The notes beneath the pieces are model-generated. The model made no database searches and was not told the origin of the DNA. It saw nothing but the letters and a program-made list of their open reading frames with translations. From positions 32,001 to 96,000 of the forward strand of contig CAVVKN010000022.1 of assembly GCA_963748825.1 (NCBI GenBank): DNA of 64,000 nucleotides. The letters run 5' to 3'. The translations under genes and the position numbers were made by a program. The DNA is from Methanotrichaceae archaeon (GTDB taxonomy: Archaea; Halobacteriota; Methanosarcinia; Methanotrichales; Methanotrichaceae). Shown in pieces: positions 1 to 9,259 of the stretch (position 1 is its first letter; each line of letters starts with the position of its first letter).

Positions 1-84
1 ATATCTTTTTCATATCAAAACCCCTTTTATCTAGTATCAGAGCTATTACAAAAACACTACAGCCAAATAGAGCAAGTCCGCCAT
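1..84 (-). pseudogene. DUF1328 remnant fused by deletion to the start (MKKI, ATG at 13) of a PGF-CTERM gene that runs off the window
   Basis: Reads ATG GCG GAC TTG CTC TAT TTG GCT (MADLLYLA) as in 4826-5026, then a 1-nt deletion and stop. It is followed by AAAAGGGGTTTTGATATGAAAAAGATAT, matching the start of 3110-3343. Confidence 0.75.
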
Positions 85-226
85 CTTTGTACATTGGCCT
101 TATCATATGCTTTAAGCGCCACCTCATAAGGTTATGCAGGATTTTATTGCCAAAAAAAAGATATGCGAGATTGATAGTAGAAAGGCTCGATGGCCGAAAT
201 GTACCTACCATAAATCTCAAATCTCT

Positions 227-1171
227 CTAAGATATTGCATGCACTATTGGTGGCGTTGATCCAGCTGGCGTTTGGGCAAACACATCCACAATGATCACAT
301 TGCTGGGTTGGCTGTTTACCACAAAGTAGAGCATATGTCTTCCAACCTGGTCGGCATTGAAGTTCATGGTGTTATAACCCTGGTTGAACTGATATGTCTT
401 GTACATCGAACTGGTTGTGTCGGTCTGGATCATCTCATAGAAACCTGCCGGACCGTCAATGGGGGCGTAAGCGATTAGCTGCAGCCAGGTTCCGACTGGG
501 CTTACCACATACTGTGTCCAGTTTGTTGCTCCCTGTATCCAGAGGTCGTTAGTCTTGGATGGCACTGTGGATGCATACTGGGTGAATGGCAACCCGATAC
601 CGGCACCGTAGTAAACACTGGTGGGCGTTTTCTTCGTTATATCGAACTTGGTAGGATTGCTTATTATTCCACCCATTACAGGCATACCGGAGGTCAAATA
701 ATATTCTGCGAAGGGCGAGAACGTTGTGTAGCTATATTCTTGGCTGTAGAAGGAACCACCTGTAGTGTACCAGGGGAAGCTTGGAACAGTCGTATCGAGC
801 CACTGCAGCATGCTAGCCAGCCCCGGATCAGAATTTGTACGGGTGGACACTTGGCCCATGTTGGGGCTAATCCAATCTTCACTGGATCCCATTGTGTTAT
901 TTGAACTCATATTGTTTAGACTGCTTGGACTTATGTTGCTTGGACTTATGTTGCTTGGACTTATGTTGCTTGGACTTATGTTGCTTGGACTTATGTTGCT
1001 TGGACTTATGTTGCTTGGACTTATGTTGCTTGGACTTATGTTGCTTGGACTTATGTTGTTTAGACTTGTGTTATTTAGACTCGTGTTGTTTGGACTTTCC
1101 AATACTGCGCAAGCCTGAAACGCAAGGCATAAGAGCGCCGTCATAAACAGCAAAATTTTGCTATATTTCAT
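227..1171 (-). CDS. Secreted Ser/Asn-repeat protein with a Trp/Tyr-rich C-terminal domain
   Basis: Signal peptide, (PSNIS)n repeat, and a C-terminal LWIQG..W...YE..N.F.AD..GRH...SN.IIVDV domain shared with 61035-62072. Confidence 0.8.
   Translation of the reverse strand: MKYSKILLFMTALLCLAFQACAVLESPNNTSLNNTSLNNISPSNISPSNISPSNISPSNISPSNISPSNISPSNISPSNISPSSLNNMSSNNTMGSSEDWISPNMGQVSTRTNSDPGLASMLQWLDTTVPSFPWYTTGGSFYSQEYSYTTFSPFAEYYLTSGMPVMGGIISNPTKFDITKKTPTSVYYGAGIGLPFTQYASTVPSKTNDLWIQGATNWTQYVVSPVGTWLQLIAYAPIDGPAGFYEMIQTDTTSSMYKTYQFNQGYNTMNFNADQVGRHMLYFVVNSQPSNVIIVDVFAQTPAGSTPPIVHAIS
931..1095. repeat. 15-bp coding tandem repeat TTATGTTGCTTGGAC, 8 perfect plus 3 degenerate units
   Basis: Counted directly: perfect units 931-1050, degenerate units 1051-1095. 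Confidence 0.97.
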
Positions 1172-1317
1172 TTTAACACCTACTATTGCTTAAATCATCT
1201 TCATAGATTTCTAAATGAAATCACAGTTTTAGAGGCAGGACCGGCAAATAGCGAAAAGGATCTCAAAAGTCTTTTGAATTCCATCTCAAATCTGCCTGAG
1301 TTATATATATTTTCTAT

Positions 1318-1465
1318 TTCAGTGCCTCAGCCGTCTTATTTTCTATGTGAGCTTTCGCCTTTTCCGTGTTAGTTTTTTGTGTGTCCCATCTTTTTCCCTA
1401 CATCAGCCTCGTCTTCTTGAGATCAACTGTCGTATCTATATTATCCTCTATCTTTTTCTGAATCC
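1318..1465 (-). pseudogene. Degenerate LEA-like gene remnant
   Basis: Frameshifted translation ADVGKKMGHTK/NTEKAKAHIENKTAEALK* matches the C-terminus of 5074-5364. Confidence 0.6.
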
Positions 1466-1502
1466 ACCGTTTGTGATTCTAATTCTAATAGGATGCCATT
1501 GA

Positions 1503-1519
1503 ATAAAAAGCTTTTGGTA
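1503..1519 (-). promoter_or_regulatory. Conserved BRE/TATA-like promoter motif, copy 1 of 5
   Basis: ATAAAAAG(C/A)TTTTGGTA recurs at 2397, 4057 and 5413, with a variant at 18841, always upstream of a minus-strand LEA-like gene or remnant. Confidence 0.65.
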
Positions 1520-1623
1520 TCATAATATTAAAATCCCATAAGCTACGCACATACAAATTCAATAAAATAAAGTGCGGACCTAAATGCATTGAACCTATCC
1601 GCACTAACGGCTAAAAATTGATA

Positions 1624-2019
1624 TTACTTTCGAAACCTATAGCTTTCTAAACCAATCGAGCTATGAACTTCGTTAGCCACCATATTGAAAGATGTGTTAT
1701 GGTGTGTGTTCATACTTCCGAAATGCTGGAATGGATCGAATTTGCGATTACGATAAGACCTTCTAGAGGCAGATATTACTCGATCCTTAAAATGGATCAG
1801 CTGTAATACCCTCATCCTTGCAAATTTGATAAGCTGCGGTGTAAGATGGAGGGCAAAAATCATGCTTCTCCGGGGCATAGGAAAATTGCAGTTTGGGCAT
1901 TGTGGAATTTTTATCATTATATATATCAAATAGAAGATGCCTAAACCGCAAATAAATCCCTTCCATGTTAAATACATCTTGGGCGTTACATTTTTCCGAC
2001 AATATCCACAAAGTACCAT
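1624..2019 (-). CDS. LITAF-like zinc-ribbon membrane protein
   Basis: CxxC (CGYC), hydrophobic segment, CxxC (CPNC). The ATG at 2019 has a GAGGA RBS. Confidence 0.65.
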   Translation of the reverse strand: MVLCGYCRKNVTPKMYLTWKGFICGLGIFYLIYIMIKIPQCPNCNFPMPRRSMIFALHLTPQLIKFARMRVLQLIHFKDRVISASRRSYRNRKFDPFQHFGSMNTHHNTSFNMVANEVHSSIGLESYRFRK

Positions 2020-2596
2020 ATATCCTCGATCTATTATTATCAACACGGGTTTTGACAAATGATCTATCTGGAGAATGATTTCTCGCGTTCGATTTTGATT
2101 CTTAATTCCGTTTCTCAGATTTTCCTAACGAGTTCTAATCCGAAGGACGGGCAGGCAAGTCGCGAATAGGATATCACGAATCTTTTCATCCCTGTCTGAG
2201 ATATGCCTGAATTAATTATATATTGTTTATTTTTGTATCTTAGCCATCTTATTTCCTCTGTGAAGCTTTCAACTTTTCCATATAAGTTTTTCCCTGCGCC
2301 AGCCTTGGCTTCTTGATACCAGTCGTCCTATAAAATATCATTTATCATTTTTTGGATCCAACGTTTGCTATTCTAATTCCAATAGAATGCCATTGAATAA
2401 AAAGCTTTTGGTACTGAAATATTAAAATACCATAATCTATACACATATAAAATTCAATAAAATAAAGTGCAGACCTAAAAAATGTATTGAACCTATCCGA
2501 ACCGAGGACCAAAAAATCGTCTGGCCGAGGATCCTGCACCCAAGGCACTCGGTCAGGGTAATGAATATAATTTTATAAAAAAATTGATGGAGCGAT

Positions 2597-2926
2597 CTAT
2601 CTTTCGACCCACTTAAATTCCGGATCTTTGATATTATTGAAATTCTTGATGATCACTGCCGCGTCTTTCCTATTCAGCTGAGAGTCCATCATCTTCTCGC
2701 ACACACAACGCAGTGCCTCTTTTTCCATCTTTACGGCATCGCTATCTTTGGGTTTAGGTGCCAGTCCAGAACTCTTAAAAAGGTACTCCTTCTCGTCCAT
2801 ATGTGTGCTCATACCCCATTTGCTGAACATCTCAGAAGCAATATCCAAAAGATGTTGATCAAAGATCTCGGGAAGCTTGCAACCATCTATCTGTCGCATA
2901 AATTCTTCTTTCTTCAAAATGATCAC
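2597..2926 (-). CDS. Hypothetical protein
   Basis: 109-aa ORF with normal protein composition; no family recognised. Confidence 0.7.
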   Translation of the reverse strand: MIILKKEEFMRQIDGCKLPEIFDQHLLDIASEMFSKWGMSTHMDEKEYLFKSSGLAPKPKDSDAVKMEKEALRCVCEKMMDSQLNRKDAAVIIKNFNNIKDPEFKWVER

Positions 2927-3109
2927 CTCAATCTATCAGTTTATCTAAGGATTTTAGGTCTTTTTCATCGCATTGTGGATCTTTCTCGCCAGGACCAAGA
3001 GGGGGATTATAGTCCCCAGCATGAACAATATTTTTATAAGCTTTTTTAACATAATTAGTTTCACCTAAGCCAAACATAGCCTTTTGAAATATAAAAAAAT
3101 AAAAGGCAC

Positions 3110-3343
3110 TTAGCGTCTTCTCCTCAGAGCTACGAAGGTCACCGCCAGGAGCCCGACTACGGCAAATGTTGCCTCGAAGCCAGGAGTCGTGCTGGTAGTA
3201 GTTGTTGATTTAGTCGTGCTTGTAGGCTCGGTGGCAGGAGTTACGCTAGTCGTAGTTGTAGTAGATTTAGTAACATCTGCTGCTTCACTTAGAGCCATCA
3301 GCATCATCATGGCAATAAGCATGGCTACTAATATCTTTTTCAT
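3110..3343 (-). CDS. Small Thr-rich PGF-CTERM cell-surface protein (77 aa)
   Basis: Signal peptide MKKILVAML, TKSTTTT repeats, TPGF motif, TM helix and RRRR tail. Confidence 0.9.
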   Translation of the reverse strand: MKKILVAMLIAMMMLMALSEAADVTKSTTTTTSVTPATEPTSTTKSTTTTSTTPGFEATFAVVGLLAVTFVALRRRR

Positions 3344-3378
3344 ATCAAAACCTCTTTTCTCATGTGAATACGCAAGTC

Positions 3379-3570
3379 CTAGATTCCAAGCTGTAATACC
3401 GCCAGGTTGATTGAGCCGCCAAACAAAATCGATAGTACCGCCAGGATGATGAATACTATTATTAGCCATTTGGCAATATCCATAGATATGCCGGCACCAC
3501 GTACACCCAATATCCCAAGTATCAGGGCGATTACAAAGAACACTATCCCCAAATAAAGTAAGTCCGCCAT
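3379..3570 (-). CDS. DUF1328/UPF0391 (YtjA-like) small membrane protein
   Basis: Pattern L..FFVIALI.G.LG.RG.G.SM.IAKWL...F. Confidence 0.85.
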   Translation of the reverse strand: MADLLYLGIVFFVIALILGILGVRGAGISMDIAKWLIIVFIILAVLSILFGGSINLAVLQLGI

Positions 3571-3743
3571 TTTTGTACACCTCTCTATATTGATGAGTGA
3601 ATGCTCGCTTTTTGATTTTGACTCTAAATTCTAAATTCCGCCTTCTCAGACATCTTAACGAGTTCAAATCTTAAGGAAGGGGCGGTCAAGTCGCGAAAAG
3701 GATTTGTATTGTATATTTCCTTGTATCGGGCCTTCCTATTTTT

Positions 3744-4007
3744 CTATGTAAGCCTCGCCTTCTCAGCATCTGCTCTTTCATGAGCCAGCTTATTATCTAA
3801 ATCAGCCTTCGCCTTCTGTGCATCAGCCTTTATGTCAGCCTTTGCATAAGCTGCCTTCTTGCCTAGCTCATCATCATGCCCAAATTTGGCCTTCGCCTTT
3901 TCTACATCAGCCTCTACCTCAGCCTTTGCATGGGACACTATATTCTCTAAATCAGAAATCGCCTTCTTGGCATCAGCCTTCATCGTTTTTACATTTTCAT
4001 TTGCCAT
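3744..4007 (-). CDS. LEA-like Ala/Lys/Asp-rich helical repeat protein
   Basis: Repeated AKAD units, hydrophilic composition; paralog at 5074-5364. Confidence 0.75.
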   Translation of the reverse strand: MANENVKTMKADAKKAISDLENIVSHAKAEVEADVEKAKAKFGHDDELGKKAAYAKADIKADAQKAKADLDNKLAHERADAEKARLT

Positions 4008-4129
4008 TCCTTAATTCCACCATTTTATGAACCTGAATATAGTAGTCTGTTATTCCATAAAAAGATTTTGGTACCTAAATTTTCAGATACATAAGATATA
4101 TAAGGACGAAGCTTTATTTATGGAGGGCT

Positions 4130-4285
4130 ATGCAAAAAACCACATTAACCTTATCCGAATCTGTGTCCAAAACGCTGAAAGTTTACACCGTAAAGTCTAA
4201 AAGTAGCTTGAGGGCCCAAAGCCTCGTGATCGAAGAGGCCTTAAAAGAATTCTTTGAGAGACACAATGTGAAAATAGAGGAGTAA
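4130..4285 (+). CDS. 51-aa ribbon-helix-helix (CopG/MetJ-like) protein, missed by the ORF track
   Basis: MQKTTLTLSESVSKTLKVYTVKSKSSLRAQSLVIEEALKEFFERHNVKIEE, with a GGAGG RBS and upstream TATATAA; three further copies in the window. Confidence 0.8.
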   Translation: MQKTTLTLSESVSKTLKVYTVKSKSSLRAQSLVIEEALKEFFERHNVKIEE

Positions 4286-4388
4286 CCAAAGCGATTTTAA
4301 TCCATCTTCATTTTATTCTCCATGGGTATCTCCGAGTATCGGCTCGTTTAGATAAAAGAGACTATGAAAATAAAAAAATAATATTTTT

Positions 4389-4718
4389 CTAGTGTCTTCT
4401 CCTCAGAGCTACGAAGGTTACTGCCAGGAGACCAGCTACGGCAAAGGTGGCCTCGAAGCCAGGAGTCGTGCTAGTCGTAGTCGTTGATTTAGTAGTGCTT
4501 GTTGGCTCGGTTGCAGGAGTTGTGCTAGTCGTGGTTGTAGTTGACTTGGTAGCATCAGGGCCTGGAGCCGAGCTGGTCGTAGTTGTAGTTGATTTTGTAA
4601 CATCCGGGCTAGGAGTAGTACTGGTCGTAGTTGTAGTTGATTTAGTTTCTTCCGCTGCTGCACTTAGAGCCATCAGCATCATTATGGCAATAAGCATGGC
4701 CACTAATATCTTTTTCAT
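4389..4718 (-). CDS. Thr-rich PGF-CTERM cell-surface protein (109 aa)
   Basis: Paralog of 3110-3343 with two extra 16-aa repeats; TPGF-TM-RRRH tail. Confidence 0.9.
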   Translation of the reverse strand: MKKILVAMLIAIMMLMALSAAAEETKSTTTTTSTTPSPDVTKSTTTTTSSAPGPDATKSTTTTTSTTPATEPTSTTKSTTTTSTTPGFEATFAVAGLLAVTFVALRRRH

Positions 4719-4825
4719 TTGAAAACCTCTTTTCTCGGGTGATCTTTTTAAATCAGGTATGCCGCCCCTAAGCATTATCCATATGTGCTTATGGGCAAGC
4801 AATACACAAATCCTAAAGCGCAATC

Positions 4826-5026
4826 CTAAATTCCAAGCTGTGCAAGCTGTAATACCGCCAAGTGGAATGAGCCACCAAATACAAGCGACAGTACCGCCAG
4901 GATGATGAATACGATTATCAGCCATTTAGCTATTTCCATCGATATGCCAACACCACGTACTCCCAATATTCCAAGTATCAGAGCTATTACAAAGAAAACA
5001 AGAGCCAAATAGAGCAAGTCCGCCAT
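4826..5026 (-). CDS. DUF1328/UPF0391 small membrane protein, copy 2
   Basis: Near-identical to 3379-3570. Confidence 0.85.
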   Translation of the reverse strand: MADLLYLALVFFVIALILGILGVRGVGISMEIAKWLIIVFIILAVLSLVFGGSFHLAVLQLAQLGI

Positions 5027-5073
5027 TTACGTTCACCTCCTAAATATTGATGACTGTTTATATTCTCCATTGT

Positions 5074-5364
5074 CTATTTCAGCGCGTCATTCATCTTTTT
5101 TCCTATCTCAGCTCTCGCCTTTTCAGCATCAGCTTTTGCATGTGCTACCTTATTCTCGACATCAGCCTTCGCTTTCTCAGCATTAGCCTTTATGTCAGCC
5201 TTTGCATAAGCTACCTTCTTCTCGGCTCCATCATGCTCTAAATTGGCCTTTATCTTCTCCACATCAGCATTTACATCAGCTTTTGCATATGCTACCTTGT
5301 TCCCTATGTCAGCCACTACTTTCTTAGTATCAGCTTTCGCCGTCTCTATTCGATCACTTGCCAT
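5074..5364 (-). CDS. LEA-like helical repeat protein, copy 2
   Basis: KVAYAKAD/AEKAKAD repeats; GGAGG RBS. Confidence 0.75.
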   Translation of the reverse strand: MASDRIETAKADTKKVVADIGNKVAYAKADVNADVEKIKANLEHDGAEKKVAYAKADIKANAEKAKADVENKVAHAKADAEKARAEIGKKMNDALK

Positions 5365-5484
5365 TATTTAATTCCTCCATTTATGAATCTAAATTTAGTA
5401 GGATGTTATTACATAAAAAGCTTTTGGTACCCAAATTTCAAGACACACAAGATATATAAACACGAAGCCTCGTTATGAATTGTC

Positions 5485-5607
5485 ATGCAAAAAACTACCT
5501 TGACCTTATCCGACCCGTTGGCCAAAACTCTGAAAGTTTATACCGTGCAGTCCAAGAGCAGTTTGCGGGCTCAAAGCCAGGTGGTTGAAGAGTTACGTCC
5601 CCAATAA
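5485..5607 (+). pseudogene. RHH gene copy truncated by an IS insertion
   Basis: MQKTTLTLSDPLAKTLKVYTVQSKSSLRAQSQVVEE; similarity ends abruptly at 5592. Confidence 0.75.
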
Positions 5608-6210
5608 GCTTATGGGAGTTGCATGAATAAGCTTGTAAGGGTACCATTAAAGCTCGATCCATATTAGGCGAGTTTCTCTGATCTCTTTACCAGGCCAAGT
5701 TATGCTTCATTCTGCCATATGACCACAACCATAGCCGTATGTGATAAATCTAAGACCGTTTTTAATCCTTATGAAACCATGGCCGATGATAACAAGGACA
5801 AGAAAGGGCGATCTTCTTACAATTGGTTTATCACCAACGGAGACTGGGATGAAGATGAAATAGCCCAGAGGAAGGCGGATTTGTTCTTCGAGGAGCTGTG
5901 CCTCAAAAAAGACAACCGATACTGCTAATCATTGATGATACCTATAACGAGAAGAAGGGCAAGCACACGGGGGTAGGGAAATTTTTCGATCACATTAAAG
6001 GCTTCATCTGGACAGGCATTCTACTGGTTAAGATCGAGAGCCCTCCATAGGGAGCAAAAAAGAAAACTATTGGCGAGATGGTTGATCAAGTCAGATCGGA
6101 ATCCATTGTTGACTTGATGGTTTATGTTATGGAATGATTTAATCTACCGATACCCGACGATGGAGGACTGCTCTACAAGCTCAAAGCGATAGGACTAAAA
6201 GTTGGAATCA
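5593..6210 (+). mobile_element. Internally deleted IS701-like DDE transposase remnant
   Basis: ATG at 5623 with an in-frame stop; SSYNWFITNGDWDEDE then a frameshift into LIIDDTYNEKKGKHT-GVG, the DDE_5/IS701-type first-Asp motif. Confidence 0.7.
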
Positions 6211-6843
6211 TGATATTTTACTATGTATCGCCCATTGATAAGCGAGAATCAGAGCGAAAAGCCATATCGTGCCGATGATATAGCTACCTAAAACATCGCT
6301 CGCCCAGTGCACGCCAAGAAATATACGTGACGGTCCGATTAGAACGATTAGCGCGCCGCAAATAGCGATAACGATCATGCGTGCCCGTCCAGCAAAATGT
6401 ATCCACGCCAGATAGGCAAAGAATCCAAAAAAGACGACAAAAAATAGGACATGCCCACTTGGATAGCTATATTGATTGATGCTCTGCAGGAATCCGCTGG
6501 CATTTTCAGTTACAGGGAATGGACGCGTTCTATGAATGAGCTCTTTTAGCACAAAAGCTAGCAGTGCGCTGCTGGTTGTGGCAATCATAAAGACCGCCTC
6601 TAGCCATTGGCGCCGTAACGCAAAGGTCAGCATAGTGATGGCGGTTAGCATCATAGCAATCGCTGGTTCGCCTAGAGCGCTAACCCCTCTCATCAGTCCG
6701 TCGAACAGTGGGCCGGCTTGCTCTTGCAACTCTTCGTAGGACTTCGAGTCGAAGGGCAAGACCGGGAACCGGGCTGCTGCATACGTGAGCAAGAGGGCCA
6801 ACAAAAGCAGGAGCACAAAAGTGATTGCGATATTTCTATTCAC
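6208..6843 (-). CDS. PAP2-family membrane phosphatase
   Basis: K(x6)RP, SYPSGH and SRIFLGVHWASD motifs; likely GTG start at 6843. Confidence 0.92.
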   Translation of the reverse strand: MNRNIAITFVLLLLLALLLTYAAARFPVLPFDSKSYEELQEQAGPLFDGLMRGVSALGEPAIAMMLTAITMLTFALRRQWLEAVFMIATTSSALLAFVLKELIHRTRPFPVTENASGFLQSINQYSYPSGHVLFFVVFFGFFAYLAWIHFAGRARMIVIAICGALIVLIGPSRIFLGVHWASDVLGSYIIGTIWLFALILAYQWAIHSKIS

Positions 6844-6922
6844 TGGATTTTCCTTAGTAGGCTCGCACTTATTATTCCTTTGGCCGATCCTTTTCTGAGA
6901 TGAGCGATGACGTCGAATGAGT

Positions 6923-9160
6923 TCAAGGCACCCTCCAGGGCCACTTATCTCCATGACCGCAGTTTTCAATAAGGAACACGATCTCGTCCAATCTGCCGGG
7001 GGCCTCGGGATCTCCAAAGACGCCACTTGATTTTGTGCAGATTTCAGATTCTATTTTCGTATTTAAAGAGCTGGGTTCGAAGAGGCTATCTTCGATCTTT
7101 GCTAAATATTTTTTGCTTAATGACAGTAGATCTTCTTCTTCTAGCAAGGGATTGTTTAGGGTTCCCCTTGCATCCACCAGATAATCCTCCTCGTAATCTT
7201 GTTCTCGTGCTACACCAGTCCAATTGCTTGGGTCCTTCCTGGCCTCGGCAGGGTCGGCGGGCAGCCTAGGCGGCCTTATATCCACCGCAGCTTTGGTTTT
7301 GCCGTCAACATTAACAGGCCTTATCTGTTTATCGGCATTCCACCAAGGATCAGGTATCAAGTAAGAGTTCTGTGTTTTGACCGCCTTCTCAAAGGCATCA
7401 AAGAATTGCTTCCCCCATCCACTATTTGGATCGTTGAAATTGATCTGGCTTGGCCAGGCAATATCCGGAAAGAGGACACGCCAAAGCCTGCGATAATGCT
7501 TTAAGACTAAGTCCTCATCTAAAACAGCACAATCAAGTTCGCTATCACAGGTGAAGGATCTGCGATTCAGGTTTGCCGAACCACATACCAATAGACTGCG
7601 ATCATACATCTGAACTTTCGCATGACAGTAAATACCTCCTGTTGTTCGGGAAGGATGCCAGAGGTCATATACGCCTACGCGTTCGAATTTGCCGGAACCA
7701 AGCTTTAGGCCGTCAGTTAAATCATTTAGGGCAAGCTTCCTCGCATGGTGCACTTCAAGGGGATGATTATCGGCGTACGGTGGAAGCACTAAAATAACGC
7801 AAAGCTTCTTTTTCTTATCGTTTTTAATCCGGTGGTTAAGCAATCTGGCGAGGGGCCTGCTAAAGAAGTATTGATCAAAGATCCAGATCAATTCGTCTGC
7901 TGCCTGACATGCATTAGCGATTCCCGCCATGATTGTAAACTCCCCCCTCATGAACGGAGGCCTCTTGCGCTCTGTACGCAGGGGAATCGTACGCCACATC
8001 TGTACCAGAGATGAGCCCCCTGGCACAGGATCAACTTCCGTTGGCTCATTCAATCTCGTTACGTCATCATCCTTAACGGCAGTTCTTGAGCTGAAGATTA
8101 CTTGATTTGTTTTAATTTGTAAACTGTCCCAGAATCCAGGTTCATGCACGTTTCCAGAATCAATCCATCTCTCACAGAACTGCTCTTCCAGTGTCTTTAT
8201 GATTGGTCCCTGAAGCAGCAGGTGCTGATCGTGCCATATTTGATTATTATCACCATAAACTTCTTTTGGCAGATCGGGCTCAGGATTCGAAGGTATCGAT
8301 ACGTCACTTAAAGCATCATAAATTGTCGCCAAGCTTTTCGGCCAGCGATGAGTCTTATCCGGGACATCGAACATCGGTGGGACGTTCTTCCCTGATTGCC
8401 AGTCTCCGCCCAAGAATTGAGGTGGGCTAGATTCCATAAGAACGAGCAGGTCGTCTAACGTAGCACTCGGATCATATATGTAGGGATGTAACGCATCAGG
8501 TGTGTCTCTTCTGGTAAAGGCTAGATCTACACCCCCGCAATAAGCTACGTTTACATCACCCACGCGAATTACCATCATCTTTTGGTGGTGTGTAGAAGTT
8601 ATGGGAGACGCCACCCTCAAATCCAGAGCTACTATGCCTCGATCTTTGGCGCTGGGATCAGTCTTGCTCAGCCTTTCGCATTCCTTGCTTACAACTTCGG
8701 CTATGTAAAAATGATCGCTCATATGTGGGCCAAGGCCCGCAATTATGGACGCCTTTATCGGCAACCACAATAATATCTTAACATTGATCCCGGCCTGCAT
8801 TAGACGCAGGATAAATCCCATCATGGTCTGATCCTTTATTGAAGAATCGCTCTCGTTCCAGGGGCGATTTTGGATAATCCAAGGATTATCATCGGACAGG
8901 TCTCTCAAGGGATTAAGTCGAAAATCGGCGATATATACGTACCCTTTCTTGCCTTGTTTGGCCTCGGAGATGGCTGATTCCAGGGATTCCCTCATCGCAG
9001 ACAATGCCTCATACCCGCCAATCAGAGGGATGATCTTGCAGTTTTCATCCCAAGGCATGTAATTACCCTGCCTTTTGGCCATGTATGTATCATCTCCCCA
9101 GGGACGCCCCTCCCCGTTTGGTGAAAACTTCAGGAACCACTTGTTTGGATCAGCGACCAT
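6923..9160 (-). CDS. Phospholipase D-superfamily protein with two HKD-type motifs
   Basis: HHQKMMVI..AYCGGVDL, WHDQH, and HAKVQMYD..GSANLNRRS. Confidence 0.88.
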   Translation of the reverse strand: MVADPNKWFLKFSPNGEGRPWGDDTYMAKRQGNYMPWDENCKIIPLIGGYEALSAMRESLESAISEAKQGKKGYVYIADFRLNPLRDLSDDNPWIIQNRPWNESDSSIKDQTMMGFILRLMQAGINVKILLWLPIKASIIAGLGPHMSDHFYIAEVVSKECERLSKTDPSAKDRGIVALDLRVASPITSTHHQKMMVIRVGDVNVAYCGGVDLAFTRRDTPDALHPYIYDPSATLDDLLVLMESSPPQFLGGDWQSGKNVPPMFDVPDKTHRWPKSLATIYDALSDVSIPSNPEPDLPKEVYGDNNQIWHDQHLLLQGPIIKTLEEQFCERWIDSGNVHEPGFWDSLQIKTNQVIFSSRTAVKDDDVTRLNEPTEVDPVPGGSSLVQMWRTIPLRTERKRPPFMRGEFTIMAGIANACQAADELIWIFDQYFFSRPLARLLNHRIKNDKKKKLCVILVLPPYADNHPLEVHHARKLALNDLTDGLKLGSGKFERVGVYDLWHPSRTTGGIYCHAKVQMYDRSLLVCGSANLNRRSFTCDSELDCAVLDEDLVLKHYRRLWRVLFPDIAWPSQINFNDPNSGWGKQFFDAFEKAVKTQNSYLIPDPWWNADKQIRPVNVDGKTKAAVDIRPPRLPADPAEARKDPSNWTGVAREQDYEEDYLVDARGTLNNPLLEEEDLLSLSKKYLAKIEDSLFEPSSLNTKIESEICTKSSGVFGDPEAPGRLDEIVFLIENCGHGDKWPWRVP

Positions 9161-9259
9161 TGCTTACCACAGTCCTTTTTACTCTGATGCAAGGTAAATG
9201 CGATTGGACTTAAAAAAGGTATCTTTGTACCAAGATAGATGTTTGCGATTTTCCAATCG

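Noticed and set aside
931-1095. Possible CRISPR array
   Set aside because: The 15-bp units are head-to-tail without spacers and lie in frame inside a CDS.
765-1146. Plus-strand LLGLM and CCLDL repeat ORFs
   Set aside because: Alternative-frame products of the 15-bp repeat; the minus frame has a signal peptide and a homologous domain.
3110-3667. 185-aa and 178-aa extended versions of the PGF-CTERM ORFs given in the track
   Set aside because: The extensions overlap the DUF1328 genes in another frame; the real starts are MKKIL at 3343 and 4718, each with a GAGG RBS.
3655-3680. tRNA T-loop-like GTTCAAATC
   Set aside because: The flanks do not form a T-stem or cloverleaf.
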